Shown here: positions 15,001 through 28,986 of the stretch, one piece after another
Position numbering within the stretch: the first letter of the stretch is position 1
How the letters are laid out: each line of letters opens with the position of its first letter
Assembly: GCF_037042905.1 (NCBI RefSeq)
Contig: NC_087251.1
Coordinates: 2,978,001 to 3,042,000 of the forward strand
Direction of reading: 5' to 3'
Source: Lytechinus pictus
Lineage: Eukaryota
DNA length: 64,000 nucleotides
Program-made: the position numbers and the translations under genes
The notes under the pieces: model-generated
Told to the model about the DNA's origin: nothing
Databases searched by the model: none
What the model saw: only the letters and a program-made list of their open reading frames with translations

Positions 15001-18000
15001 GACCGGAAGTAAATGCCATATAAAGAAAGACATTACAAATGACAGTTTTGCACAATAATTTTGAGCTGGCGTCAGCTCTATGTCAGTTTCTGTCACAAAA
15101 GGTTAACGAACGGTTGAAGTATATATCAATACTCATATCTGCCAAGTTAGAAAGGATAAACTTCAATAATAAGGAAATAAGAGCAAGTTCAAGTTGTGCT
15201 GGCATTATAGTGCATTTTTGCGTATTTTGCTGATTTTCGGGAGCATTTTTCAGACATTTCGTCAGTGGTAAAGTATATTTTTTTCTAAATGGCATGAAAG
15301 GGCATATCTTGAACACCCTAAATCTAAAAAAGGGTACGGGTTTGGCCATGCATGACGCAATGAGGAGCATTCAAAGATAAGTGTTTTTGAAACTTTAGAG
15401 GGCGCTATTTCAGTAACGGAAATTCAGTGATGCGTGAAAACTAATTCCTATGTATGATGTGGTACCAGTATCAATTCCTGAAAATATGAGCTCGAAATGA
15501 ATAAAAACAAGAAAGTTATGGCCATTTTACGATTTTTTGACTTTACATTTCAATAAATATGACGTTTTTGAAGGAAGGCTATTTCGGATTTGAATTTAGG
15601 GCATGAAGATGGCATTTTGAAGGTCAGGTTATACGTCGCAAATGATGGGGCAACTCTTTGACTATCTATAGCAATTTGTTAGAAGTCTGTAGAATGCAGG
15701 ATGCGGGAGTTAGGACGAGATTAGTAATGGTATGCAAATGGACTTGAAATTTACAAAATGGCGCCTAGATGGTCATGCATGAGTGATTTTGAAAAAAGGA
15801 AGACAAGGGGCAGAACTAGGGATGCTGGACAACATGTCTACAAAGTTTGGATGAATTTGGACGAGGGACGGAGCCAGGGCAGAGCTAACAAACACCATGT
15901 GTTAAACAAATGGGATTTTGTGGAAGAAGAAGAAGAAGAAGAAGACTAGAACTGCAATCGTTTCCGAACGATGTGCATGCATTGACGCGTCTGATTGAAA
16001 GGTCAAGTCCACCTCAGAAAAATGTTGATTTGAATCAATAGGAAAAAATCAGACAAGCACAATGCTGAAAATTTCATCAAAATCGGATGTAAAATAAGAA
16101 AGTTATGACATTTCAAAGTTTCGCTTATTTTTAACAAAAGAGTTATATGAGCGAGCCAGTTACATCCAAATGAGAGAGATGATGATGTCACTCACTCAAA
16201 ATGGTGCATGCACTGTCATGCATGAATGATTTTAGAAAATGAAATAAGAGATACACAATAATGCATCATGGACAACATGTCTACCAAATCGGAATGAATT
16301 TGGATGAGGAGCGGAGGCAGGGGAGGACTAACAAAAATTATATGTTAATCAAAGTGGATTTTGGTACATTTTGCCCTCCATAGGAAGTTACATTCTGGAG
16401 TTAAACATATTTCGTCCATTTTTAGACCATATGGCTGCTCAACAAAGAGAGAGAAGGGAGAAAAAGACACAGAGAGTGATATGAATAAGCATACAAATTC
16501 CCCTGACAGTTCATTAACGTAACTCAGTGTAAAGTACATAACAGAACGATGTGCATGCATAATACGTTATGCCATAGACATTGTGTACAATTCTGTTGTT
16601 GATAATGTGTGCATTGTGAGTAGTATACCATGTGTTCAGATTGGCTTATCTTGAAATTTTCTGTTGTAACCTATGTCGTATTTGGTATCACTGGATAGAG
16701 CATTCCAATGCGGTGACATTGATACCACTTTTATTTGTGCGCAAGCAATAGACCGGAAGTAAATGCCATATAAAGAAAGACATTAAAAATGACAGTTTTG
16801 CACAATAATTTTAACCTGACGTCAGCTCTATGTCAGTTTCTGTCACAAACGGTTGACGAACGGTTAAAGTATACATCAATACTCATATCTGCCAAGTTAG
16901 AAAGGATAAGCTTCAATAATAAGGAAATAAGAGCAAGTTGAAGTTGTGCTGGCATTATAGTGCATTTTTGCGTATTTTGCTGATTTTCGGGAGCATTTTT
17001 CAGATATTTCGTCAGCGGTAAGGTATATATTTTTCTAAATGGCATGAAAGGGCATATCTTGAACACCCTAAATCTAAAAAAGGGTACGGGTTTGGCCATG
17101 CATGACGCAATGAGGAGCATTCAAAGGTAAGCGTTTTTCAGACTTTAGAGGGCGCTATTTCAATAACGGAAGGTCAATGATGCGTGAAAACTTATTAATA
17201 TGTATGATATGGTACCAATATCAATTCCTTAAAATATGAGCTTGAAATTAATAAAAACAAGAAAGTTATGGCCGTTTTACGATTTTTTTTACTTTACATT
17301 TCAATAAATATGAAGTTTTTGAAGGAAGGCTATTTTGGATTTGAATTTAGGGCATGAAGATGGCATTTTAAAGGTCAGGTTATACGTCGCAGATGATGGA
17401 GCAACTCTTTGACTATCTATAGCAATTTGTTAGAAGTCTGTAGCATGTAGGATGCGGGAGTTAGGACGAGATTAGTAATGGTATGCAAATGGACTTGAAA
17501 TTTACAAAATGGCGCCTTGATGGTCATGCATGAGTGATTTTGGAAAATGGAAGACGAGGTGCACAACTAGGGTTGCTGGACAACATGTCTACAAAGTTTG
17601 GATGAATTTGGATGAGGGACGGAGCCAGGGTAGAGCTAACAAAAACCATGTGTTAAACAAATGGGATTTTGTGGAAGAAGAAGAAGACGACGGAATAGGA
17701 ATACGGAACAAGAACAATGCATTGTCGCCATTGGGCGTCAATGCAAAGAAGAAGAAGAAGACGACGGAATAGGAATACGGAACAAGAACAATGCATTGTC
17801 GCCAGTGGGCGTCAATGCAATCAGGATAGTATTGCATGGAGAAGTGAAGACCATCATCCTGCTTTCCTTACAGACATTTATACCTTACAGACATTTATAT
17901 AGCGCTTTACACAAAAGTTTCAAAGCACTGTTATACAAAAAGAAACAGAAAATTACATGAGAATAGCTTCTAATACATAATAAAATAAAATACGATACAT

Positions 18001-21000
18001 TATTTACAATCATTCATTCAAATAGAAACACATAACATATGGATAATCTATAAAATGACAAAGCAAATTAAAAACCTAACTATCTGTGCTGTGTCTCAAG
18101 TCTCTTCTTGAAAGTGTGAGGTTTGGGTGCATCATGAATATGTGCAGGGAGAGAGTTCTAAAGTAGAGGTTCACAAACAGGAAAGCCCTAGTGCCATAGC
18201 GGTTGTGGATGCGCGGTCCAAGTGCAACCTGGGGGTCTTGTTGAAGATCTGAGATTTTTGCAATAGTTTTACAAGAATATTGGTGATCTTCTTCTGCAAT
18301 AATTCAAGATCAATGGATGGTTGAATAGCTCTTTGATTTCCTTTGAATCTGCTCATCAGGTCATTTCATCTCTAACTTGATCATGTTCACATTAGTAATT
18401 GCTTACTATGTTGTTAGCATTTTGATAACATTTAAATATCCATGTTTAGGTGCTATATTACACACATTTTTTATCAAGTACACTCTTAGTAGTATCATTT
18501 ATTGTATGGTAAATCACTTTTTCTGGTAGGATAAATGGTTTTTATTTCAAGGTTTGTCATAAATTGAAAATTCTGTTTTATAGGTATTGGTATAAACTAA
18601 AATCCATAGAATAAAATGATGAATTTGAAGATATTAAATGATCCCATGGTTTCAAATGATCTTCATTTGCATACAAATAATATATTTGTGCCATATTTTA
18701 TTTTATACAATCAGTTAAGCAAATCTTGTATTTTGTTATGTTTATAAACTCTGCTGACTTAATTCTTTTTCACATGTTTAATGACTAGATTTAACATTTC
18801 TCATTTAATTTGACAGCATTGCAGTGCATCCAGACAGTGTTACCATAGCAACAGGTCAGGTAGCAGGTCACGATGCTGCTGAGGGAAAGGTGAGGCTTAC
18901 AATACTCCTATGATGATGATGATGGTGATGATGGTGGTGATGGTGGTGGTGATGGTGGTGGTGATGGTGGTGATGGTGATGATGGTGATGATGGTGGTGA
19001 TGGTGGTTATGGTGGTGATTATAATAGAAGATTGGACTTGTTTTTTTGTTAAAGTGCTCAAGGAACTTTTCAAGGAAATAAGCATTGGACATTAATGTAT
19101 GAGAGTGAAATATTTTGTAAAATATCTTCAGGAAAACTGAGAGGATGAGCAAACAAATGTCCCCCCCCCCATTAGGGTTGCTAACAAGAGAACTAGAAGT
19201 GAGGACCATAAAGATCTTTGAAGGGATGTAGCTTTTATTCAATTATTGAGGTTTGAGTTGCTATTTTGCTGACTTGTGACTTGGTTTGCTAGATGCCCAA
19301 ATGACTTGGGACTTGACTTGGACTAGCAACAAATGACTTGGGACTTGACTTGGACTTGGAGCAAAATGACTTGCTACTTTTCAAGTCTCTCAATTTTGAT
19401 TGCATATTTAAATAAAAAAAGTGTTTACACCTTTTGCATAACATACTGATCTGTGCGATGCAATATACTATATGTTTTCCAATTATAAAAATCTCTTTAC
19501 ATCAAAAGAAATGGTTATTAACCAAGAAACACATAAGGGAAATAAAATAAATGGTGAATTATATAATTATTTTTTCTGACTATCATGTCAAAATTTATCA
19601 CAAACTGATATTTTCATATTAAAAATGTGAATAAAATTTGCTTGCTTGGTACTTGCATACAACTCTGGTATGATCTATTGTTTTAAGCATTTTAATTTTG
19701 AAGGTGTGATAATCTTTTTCATGGACATATTCTTTGGCTGAAAGCTGTCACTCATGAAATATTCATGAAAAATTAATGAAATATGAACATAGGACTAATT
19801 ATTCTTGGTTGAAACCAACCAATCCTATTTCTCCCCTTTAGCCCCATGTGAGGATTTGGAGTTCTATCACCTTGGAAACCCTTCATGTTATTGGTCTTGG
19901 ATTCTTTGATAGGGCAGTATGCTCACTCAGTTTCTCTAAAGTGGTAAGGTCTTTTTGTTTATATTCTTCTTGGAAAATACAACATTTGCTTAGAGTGGTG
20001 CTGAAAAGTTTAATGAAACCCAACAGAAAATGCACTTCTTCATGCTGAGTGTTGAATGGGACAACAACACAACAATGTTCAGCGAGCACAGAGAAACAAA
20101 CTTTATTGAATGTAATATTTTATCACCTGACTTCATAATTAAAAATCTAAAATATGGGAGAATTTGAACACTTCAAATATGTTCATTTTTCTGGTGGGGT
20201 TCACTAACTTTTAGCACCACTGTATATCAATAGAGCACTGGGAAGCTTTGTGTATTCTTTAAAGATAGTCACATTTCTGATATTACCTTGATGTATTATT
20301 ATGTTAGAAATTATAAGTGATTGTAAATATTATTTGTATCTATATTCATGCCAACAATATTATTGGTATCTATTCATGTTAACACCCCCTCCCGTCCTCA
20401 GATTTAATGATGTATTAGTAGTTGACTATAAATTTGTACAAAATTTTAGCCAATTTATGAAGTCTTTACCCACTACCAGTAATTTTGACATTGGTACACT
20501 ATAAAAGAACCAATTGTTTATTATTGTTATCTATTGTAACTGGGGTTTGGTTTGACAAAGCTATTGGTATCTTCTCTTACAGAATGTAGGTGTTCATCTT
20601 GCAGCTGTTGATGAATCTAATGAACATGTTCTCTCATTGTGGGACTGGAAGAAGGAGAAGAAAATCTGTGAAACAAAGGTATCTATGTATTCCTGCAATT
20701 AAAAAAAACAAACTTACATTGATAAGTTATGAGCTGAAGTCAGCAGCAGAAATGCAGATGTGAACAAGACTACTCTTCCAAGTCTATTTGTATGTTGGAT
20801 CATAATTTTTTTTAAACATATTTTTATGTATAATTCTATCTGTATTACAAATTAGTGGATTATATGCCTTAGCAAATAAAAATTGAATGTAGAAATAAAT
20901 AGCTATGTTAGAAATAAAAGAAGATTTATTTTTTCACTTTCAGAACATATGTAATTAAATGTCATCTTGTTTTTTTTTATTTTAATAGCAAGCATGTATT

Positions 21001-24000
21001 TTGGGGTTGATATTAGACTTTATTTGTTATTTTCCAATCAGAGTTCTCAAGACCCAGTCTTAGCCTGTGAGTTCCATCCTATGAATGATGAACAGATCAT
21101 CACACTTGGTAAAGGTCACATTCATTTCTGGAACACTGCTGGTGGAAAACTGGTCAAGAAATCTGGTATCTTTGAGGTAAGATTGGTAGTCTCAAGTTAA
21201 TTAAAGTTTGTAATTTTACTGAATAATAACACAAGGTATATATACAAGTTATTATTGTTTTTCATTTGAAATCTCAAGCCAGTACATCTTCAGATGTTTA
21301 TTCATACATTTCAGGGGCCACAGAACGGTTTTCAAAGTGAAGGGCTGAGCCAAAAGTGGGGGGGGGGGGGGGCTGACCATGCAAAAAATCACAATCATAT
21401 GGTCATTTTTACATTTTTGTACACGGTTTTGGAGAAAAAAAAGGGGGGGGGGACTTCCGCGGCCCCTGCATTTAAATTGTAGATAAACATATCAATAAGT
21501 TTAGATTTCAGATTTTTATATTTTTGAAAATAATTTGAGTGAAGAAACTAGTGTCGAGTGTTTGTCGGAGGTATATATTATCTTACACCATAAGTCAAAT
21601 ATCAATGTAGTTTAACAAAGACCTGTGAGTTAAGGGAATAAATAGCCTCCCAGCATTCATATTGTCCATTGCAGAGTTATATTGCAACCAATTACAATTT
21701 TACATATACCGGTACTCTTGAATGTTTTATTGGTTGTACATTGCATTAATCTAATCATTTTTATGTCATGAACCACCTAGAACATGAGGTCTAATGAAAT
21801 GGTCTGTTAATGCATGTGAAAACTTGTACTCAAGTAAGAATGGCAAGTTGATGGTTTTTTTTTAATGTTTGTTCCTGGACTAGAAATATGATAAGCCCAA
21901 GTTCGTGTTGAGTCTTGCATTCACTGGTAACGGTGATGTTATCACAGGAGACTCTAATGGAAATATGTACATCTGGGGAAAGGGTAAGTTTGAGAATAAT
22001 TGAGTTCTTGGAATATTTTTTAAATGAAGAATTTTGATAGGATATCACACACCACAACTGATCGCATATACCTATATTGGTAGCATGTCTTAATCAGCTT
22101 CTTTACTATACTAGCTATATGTATATATCAATACATTTTGATTCAGTTTCTGTTGAAATTCATTTTGATTCTGAATGGTTTATGTTTTTTAAAGATGGTT
22201 GAATCAATGGGTTGAATGTAAAAAAATTATCTTATCAACATTTTGCCAAGTCATATTATAATTGATAAAAAGTAATCATCATAAGAATTATATATAGAGT
22301 AGTGTACAGAATAAGCAAACTATTTAATATACTAAATTGAATCAGGAAGGTATTCATTTATTGTAAAGATTAAGAATAAGGAATACATTAGATGGCAGCA
22401 TTTGAATACTGATGTTTGCCAAATTGAATGTGTGCTTGATTCCTTACAGGCAATACACGTATCTCCCAGGCTGTTCTTGGAGCTCATGAGGGTGGTATAT
22501 TCTCTCTATGTGTGATGAATGATGGTCAGATTCTCTCTGGAGGAGGGAAAGACAAGAAGGTTGTTCTATGGACTGCAGACTATCAACAAAGTGAAACCAC
22601 TCAGGTAAAACATTCAGCTTTCTCCTATCTCTTTTCTGTCTCCCTCTGTCCTCTGCCTATCACTTATCGGCTGATCTGTATTAATACCAATGCCATTGGT
22701 TACTTTCATTGTGTGGGTTGTTTTTTGCAAAAGCTTGATTGATAGGTTGAGATAACGCTACTTATTGGTGTTCAAATAGTGATCAATCAATCCCAACACT
22801 TTGATTCTCTATTGCTATTATATATTCAACTCTGTTAATAAAATTGTTACTGATATTTCACATCAATTCTCTTCTTGATCAATGATTAAATATCAGACTT
22901 ATCATTCTTTTTTCCTATTTGTATTTTTTATCAAGCAGCTATTCTAGAAGTTCTATGGTTTTTAATACAAATTAAACCATAAGCACTAATTAATAACTGG
23001 TGTTTAGATTTGTGGGAGTTGTGATCCATAAACTGGTTTTATGCTAGGATAGACCTCTTATGTCACATCGACTGACTATTTTTCCTTGATTTTCATTGCC
23101 TGAAAATTACAGTTCCTATGTCTGATTAATCATATTTTGAAAATAAAATATCTGACAAATTCTTTGAGGAAATGCCCCCAGATGTGCGCATGCCCTTCTC
23201 TCAATTAGCCTGTCATTATCTGTATCCTATTATTTGATTATCAATTCAACATTTATTGCATCTTACTTTTCAAGGTTCATCATACAAGTCATCTAATTGA
23301 TATACATGTATGTATTTTGGGAGTAGTCTGAAATCCTAAGCATTTTAGCACTTAGAATGAAAATAAAATGTTCTACTGTTAAACAAACTCAGCAATGTGT
23401 ATATATATTTTTGACCGAAATGTTAAAAAGAGAATGATTTCAATTTTTTATCAAGGTCCCTGAGTCTACAGGACCAGTAAGAACTCTGTGTAAAGGTAAA
23501 GGGGAGAACTTCTATGTAGGAACAACCAGGAATGCCATCCTCAGTGGGGATATGGGAGGAGACTTCAACACTCTGGTCCAGGTGAGACATCTCTACAAGA
23601 GAAATAGGTTTTATTCAGCAAAACAGAGAATATTATGATGGGGAGAAATGGCTTCTTATTTAAAGATACATAATGTAATGCTGCATATTAGACATTGGTA
23701 ATAGGTTTTAACTGCGCAAGTTGATATCAGAATGATTTTGGTTTGTTGGAGTGATCACACTTCTCTTCCTTTTAGACTGGGTTTTTGGTGGAGAGGATTT
23801 CATCAAATGTTATCATTTATAATGGTTTTAAGGATTAAGTGTATATCAAGTATTATGCATGTCATGTGTTCATGCTTTATTTCTATGCAGCCGTATACTC
23901 ATGGATACAGCAGTGTGCATTTTACTCAGGCACTGTATATAATTATGATGTCAAGAAGATTAAGCCCCTTCATCAGTGTGATCAAAGGATATTTGAAGAG

Positions 24001-27000
24001 ATTTGGAAAAAAAATTACACTACAAATTGATACTGCCAACCCATTTTATCAAACAAATAATGCACATGTTCAATACCTGATGATAGTGGCATTACAGGCA
24101 TCTGTGGTATTTACAATGTAAAGCAGAAGCATCCAGTACAGGTGTCCTGTGGTTGTTGTAGATTGTTAAATAACTTCAAATGTGCTGCATTGCTACACTC
24201 ACAACTGTGCATTATTTGTTATACTGTAACATAGATTAATGGACCCAACAATTCTAATTCTAGTATCACTTTTTGATGTATTGATTTCTGTAGGCCCATA
24301 CGGAAGAGCTGTGGGGTTTAGCCATACATCCAACACAGGGTTTGTTCTTGACATGTGGATATGATAAGAATGTCATCTTGTGGGACTTTGAACAACACAC
24401 ACAAAGATGGAACAAATTCATGGAGGTCAGTACTTCTTTCATCTTTACTCGACTCCAATTCTGACCACAAGACCAATCATCAGAAATGATACTTCTTTTG
24501 ATATTGTAATAGTGCTTTTTTCTTTTAAATACTTCAAAGATTAAACCAAATATCTTAATAATCTAACAAAAGTTTGCAAATAATGTTTGATGAAGTATTT
24601 TTGGTGAAACAGATTTTTCAATCCTCTAAAATCAGTTGCCTACCTGGGCAATTTCCTCTGCTTTTCTTGTTTTTGCAATCTTGATTATAATGCAATGATT
24701 CCAAAGTTTCACCAGGACACTACATGTACATGTGTAAGTCGTGTTCTCAGAATACCTATTTTGAACAAAATATTACTTTCTCAAGTTCTTCCTGTTCAAG
24801 TTAAGATATGTCAGCTTGATTCCAAACAAACCAGTTTGATGTGATTGTTTGATGTGATTGTTTGAATTGATTGTATGATTTGATTGTATGGTTTGATGTG
24901 ATTGTTTGATTTGATTGTATGGTTTGATTTGATTGCATGATATGATATGATTGTATGATTGTATTTTCTAGGATGGATGTCAATCAGCTGGGTTTCATCC
25001 CTCTGGTGAAGTGGTTGCCATAGGAATGACCAGTGGACGATGGGTAGCCCTAGACGTAGAGAATGGTGATCTCTATACAGTACATACTGATGGCAAGGAA
25101 CAACATGACATCATCAGATATTCACCCAGTAAGAACAAGAGGATACATGTTGAATAAATGTATATTAGAGATGTGTTCATCAAAGTTATATATTCACCAA
25201 ATCAGCTGTGGCATTTATATACAACTTAAAACAAGAGTCATGTTGAATGTATTGGAACTGTGCCTTTCTATTTGCATTAAAACCTGTAAATCATATTGTC
25301 AGTATAGAGGGAAATGCAGAAAGGATAAAGAGAGTAAAAGAAGAAAAACTAAATCTCTAAAAATGCCCATCATTAATTTAAAAAAAATGCCGAAGGCATT
25401 ATGTTTCCGGCTTGTCATTCATTACTTCTTTATTCCATAATGGATTTTTGTCAAACCTTCACAATAATTATGTTTCTTTTATTTTTCTACAATTATTAAA
25501 ACCAATTTGATATCATGGTGACATTCCCATTCAATTGAAATTTGAGAAATGTGCTATTAAAGGGTCAAAATGAAGCATATATCCCAGCTATTATTATTCA
25601 TTGATTGTATTTACTGTATGATTCATATTTCAGATGGAGAATATCTTGCAGTAGCTTCCCATGATAACTACATCTATATTTATTCAGTGAAAGAAACAGG
25701 CCGAAAGTACTCCAAAGTTGGAAGATGTTCTGTACGTATTTTATTTCTTATTATAAAATTGATTAAATTTCCTATTTGAATAAATAAACTCAATCTTATC
25801 AATGTGCATTGAATGATATAAAGGTATATGTTAATTCTCTGTATTGATGCTATATAAATCTTGCTGGATAAAATGAATTGAATTAAAAAATGTTATCTAA
25901 AGTGTGAGAGTTTTCTATTGATATTTACAGAAGTATACAGAATATTCAATTCAAGGTTTACAATTATGAAAAAAGGGGAATAAATTTCAGTTAAAATGAA
26001 ATCCATGTCATTTTCACCAAACTTTACACACAGCACTTTTGTTGGACCAAATGTGCATTAAAACACAAAAAATGTACCAAAGACTTTGTATCTAAAAGTT
26101 CTAAACCACTCTTCCATTTATTTAAACTCAAGGTCATATATGTCATACTTTGCAGCACTACAGACAAATGTATTTGGAAGTTGTAGAGGCATTTAAAAAA
26201 TGGGTCCATGGATTATTTTCAGTTGATAACATATAATAAAATAACACAAGAATTGCCTATAATGGTTATCACAAATATATCAATGAAAATTTCATGTCAT
26301 AGTTCAAAAGTTACTGAATTTTCAAGACAGTGTTTAAATTATAAATTTGTATTATATTAAACTTTGATAAGGATGATAACAGCTTGTTCCCACTGTCATG
26401 CAACCCATTACTAACGCCACCATTTTGTTTTGTAGCTGGTCACAATTTTTTTTTTAACCATTCAAAATATTTCTCTGATAAATACAATTGCTACGACTGA
26501 TGCAATACTTTCTGATACGGTCACTGCGATTGCTCCACGACTAAGACCATGGTTTCAGTCGTGAAGCAAATCGTGAAAGTGGGAACTAGGTATTAATGGA
26601 TATCAGAAATTAGATGATTATTATTGCTGGGTCAAGGTCAAAGGTCATTTCAGATCAGTTAACTTGGGTGTGAAATGAATTGATATTTGTTCATTATTTT
26701 GAAAATACTTTTAATGAAACATTTAAGATTAAGGTCAGTGTTTCTCCCCCCTTTATGATAAAATGATTAATCTTACCCAGTAGTTGTTTCAATGTCAGCA
26801 CCGCTACTTAATTGAATCATGTAATGCTGCTGAGACTGCCAGGGAGTTCAACTTCTTATTACCATTCTCTTATTTCTTGTTTAGGGTCATTCTAGCTTTG
26901 TAACTCACATTGACTGGTCAGCTGACTCCACCAAACTTCAGTCTAATTCCGGTGACTATGAGCTACTCTTCTGGGATGCAGAAACCTGCAAACAGATTGT

Positions 27001-28986
27001 TGGCAGCAAAGAAACAAGAGATATTGAATGGGCAACATTCACTGGCGTCCTTGGATATCCTGTCTGTGGTATGTAATAATGTCTTTTTTGATATAGTCCC
27101 ATAAATCTTTGGTTCAATATTTTACAATGCATCAAACCTGAGAGTCAATTTTTCAGGCGTACAGAAGTGTAGTAGCCACTATATATTTTCTCATCTGTGT
27201 TTCTTTGTGAATAATTGGGATACGGAGGGTCATCTCAGTGTCATGTTAATATTTTTTGCCTTAAAAAAAAAACTTTTTGAACACACATCTCACAGTATTA
27301 GTAATTACATATCAGAAAGCTACAAATATTATTTCCTGCATTTTCAGCCGAATTCCTTGCTTGAGAAGAGGGTTAGAGCAAAAATGAAAATATATGCAGT
27401 AATTTTATTTGTTTGGATCTCAATTTTTTTTTCAACCTCAACATACATCATTTGAAATGTGCTTTTATCATCCACACTAAATGTGCAGTCATGTCATGTA
27501 GTGATGAGCTGAAATAGTTACAGACAATTTGGAGGTAATATACCAATCTTCCAGAGGCTTTTTGCCAATTATAGAGAGCAAGCTGATAAAAATAAGGTTT
27601 TCCTTCTCACCATGAATGATAATCAAACGAGAGGTGAAAATAAGGCAAACTTATCTCTGAGCTTCCTGACTTTTTAGACATAGTAATGACAAAAATTCTT
27701 GTACTATTCATGTATGAAACATTGTTATTCATGTATAAACCATATTAGAGTTCCCTGTGTTTAACGTAACAAATTGTTACCTTTTGCATGCCATCAGACC
27801 AAGAGTCAATTTCACTAGTAGAGGTCAAAAGTGACGGTTGGATAAATTATACTAAAATTCATTAGAAGTCATGTGTTGAATTTCAAAGGATCTTGCAGAT
27901 GTATCGTTATGTTCACGAAAGACAATTTGACATATATTATGAGTTTCTGGTCAATAATTATTTGCACAACTTCTTTAGATGATGAACAGTGCCTTCAAGC
28001 CAAGCATGTGTTATATTTGTTTATCCAATTGAGATATGCATTAGGATAGTTTGTTACTTGCTCTTCTTTACGTTTGATTTGAAATACAAATCCTGATATC
28101 TTGTACTCAATTCGGAGCATTACAAGGAACATGAAATGACAGTTTATCTCAGATTTGATGTAAACCATCTTACTTTGAATGTTATTGCAGGCATCTGGCC
28201 TGAAGGTAGTGATGGTACAGATGTAAATACTACAGCACGATCAGGAAATGGTAATATCTTAGCTACTGGGGATGACTTTGGAAAGATCAGTCTCTTCAGA
28301 TATCCTGTCAACCATCCAAAGGTGGGTTCATCTACTTTGCTGAATCAAAGGGGGGGGGGGGGTTATAGAGTTATTCATTAGTAGTGCAGGACTTTATGCA
28401 CCATTGGATCTTGTTCTTTGCTACCAAATCAAGTTACCTATCATTTTCCTTCCTATCAGGTTAATCTGATCCCTTTTCTGTTATAGTCTTCTTGTTCAGA
28501 AGCATTTCAATGAAATGTTAATAACTGAAGAAAATATAAGTGAAATGATTTGAAATTCATTCCCACTATTTTGAAACCTCAGATCAGATTTCTTGATCTG
28601 TTGAAACAAGAGGTCTATCAATTCATAAAGGTAATAACATGAAACACACCATGTCCTCCCCAACTTGAATCATTTTCACTGATTCATCAATTCGCATTCA
28701 TTAAAAGCTGATGGGTAGTTTCTCCATTTCATTCAAATGTAATATATGAATATCATGGGAAAATATGAAAAAACAAATAACTTTTTTTCAAGTCAAGTTC
28801 CCACTGATTTTTATAAATGATTTGGTATGATTGATAACTTCATGATATTGTATCTTTCAGGCTGACTGCAATTCATTCAAAGGCCACAGCAGTCATGTTA
28901 CTAGTGTTGCATTCAATGAGGATTCCACTAAACTCATTTCTACAGGCGGACGTGACATGTCATGCATGCAGTGGAGTGTTGTCTAA
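7..28986 (+). CDS. EMAP: Echinoderm microtubule-associated protein (EMAP/EML family; HELP motif + WD40 repeats), 5'-partial, about 639 aa in window
   Basis: Exons joined by hand with AG/GT boundaries and consistent phase: 7-35, 5210-5336, 10215-10364, 18817-18889, 19842-19943, 20583-20678, 21042-21176, 21884-21983, 22450-22604, 23456-23581, 24294-24425, 24972-25128, 25634-25731, 26885-27068, 28191-28321, 28861-28986 (TAA). Translation FQKEPQHNAEEGYVRIYLRGRPVTNYLP...[30 protein letters not shown]...GHSSFVTHIDWS...GIWPEGSDGTDVN...GHSSHVTSVAF...MQWSVV* carries the EML HELP motif and WD repeats. Confidence 0.96.
1035..1058 (+). CDS. EMAP: Candidate 24-nt frame-preserving cassette microexon of EMAP (adds ASHSTYNQ)
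   Basis: ctatag|CGTCCCATTCTACATATAACCAGG|gtaagt. Phase 1-1 with no stop. CTAAC/CTGAC at 989-998, four TGC motifs in the pyrimidine tract, TGCATG at 1092-1097. Confidence 0.6.
5337..10214 (+). other. U12-type (minor spliceosome) GT-AG intron in EMAP
   Basis: Donor GTATCCTTT at 5337-5345. Branch site CCTTGAC at 10194-10200, about 15 nt before TAAG 10211-10214, with no pyrimidine tract. Splicing restores DWV|YGYRG. Confidence 0.92.
9699..10133. mobile_element. MITE with terminal inverted repeats
   Basis: GATACCGTTCTCA...AAACTAGTTTA at the left pairs with TAAACTAGTTT...TGAGAACGGTGTC at the right. No coding capacity. Confidence 0.75.
11152..11460 (-). mobile_element. Degenerate 3' end of an RTE-like non-LTR retrotransposon ORF
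   Basis: Frameshifted pieces AWRQCIKKAATSFEERRNADLEK and YTCPRCGRIYLSRIGLFSHQRSC resemble the C-terminal region and C2H2-like finger of RTE-clade ORF2. Confidence 0.7.
11532..17820 (-). mobile_element. Head-to-tail tandem array of 3 non-autonomous Helentron-like (HINE-type) elements
   Basis: On the plus strand, units begin ACTAGAACTGCAATCGTT at about 11532, 14127 and 15945. Subterminal inverted repeat TGCATTGACGC (11565-11575) / GCGTCAATGCA, terminal hairpins and a (GAA)n microsatellite. The repeated spurious ORFs in the track mark the copies. Confidence 0.8.
17870..18160 (-). mobile_element. Decayed L2/CR1-like LINE 3' remnant
   Basis: Minus-strand translation NSLPAHIHDAPKPHTFKKRLET resembles the WNSLP..FK..LKT ORF2 terminus. 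GTAAAGCGCTATATAAATG tail-like motif near 17892-17910. Confidence 0.5.
18910..19018. repeat. (GAT/GGT)n microsatellite
   Basis: Directly visible. Explains the spurious poly-His and poly-Met/Val ORFs. Confidence 0.97.
19993..20222. mobile_element. Tc1/mariner-like MITE
   Basis: TA|gAGTGGTGCTGAAAAGTT ... AACTTTTAGCACCACTG|TA: imperfect TIRs flanked by TA. Confidence 0.65.
24834..24962. repeat. Degenerate (GATTT/GATTGT)n simple repeat abutting an EMAP acceptor
   Basis: Directly visible just upstream of exon 24972. Confidence 0.85.

Noticed and set aside
12477..17120. Four copies of the MLLIASCMAKPVPFF ORF as a small gene family
   Set aside because: They lie inside the repeated element, vary in length, and show no recognisable domain.
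18868..19242. Poly-His ORF and overlapping low-complexity ORFs
   Set aside because: Translation of an intronic (GAT/GGT)n microsatellite.
20679..21041. Second U12 intron (donor GTATCT)
   Set aside because: GTATCTATG lacks the ATCCTT core, and the acceptor has a normal pyrimidine tract.
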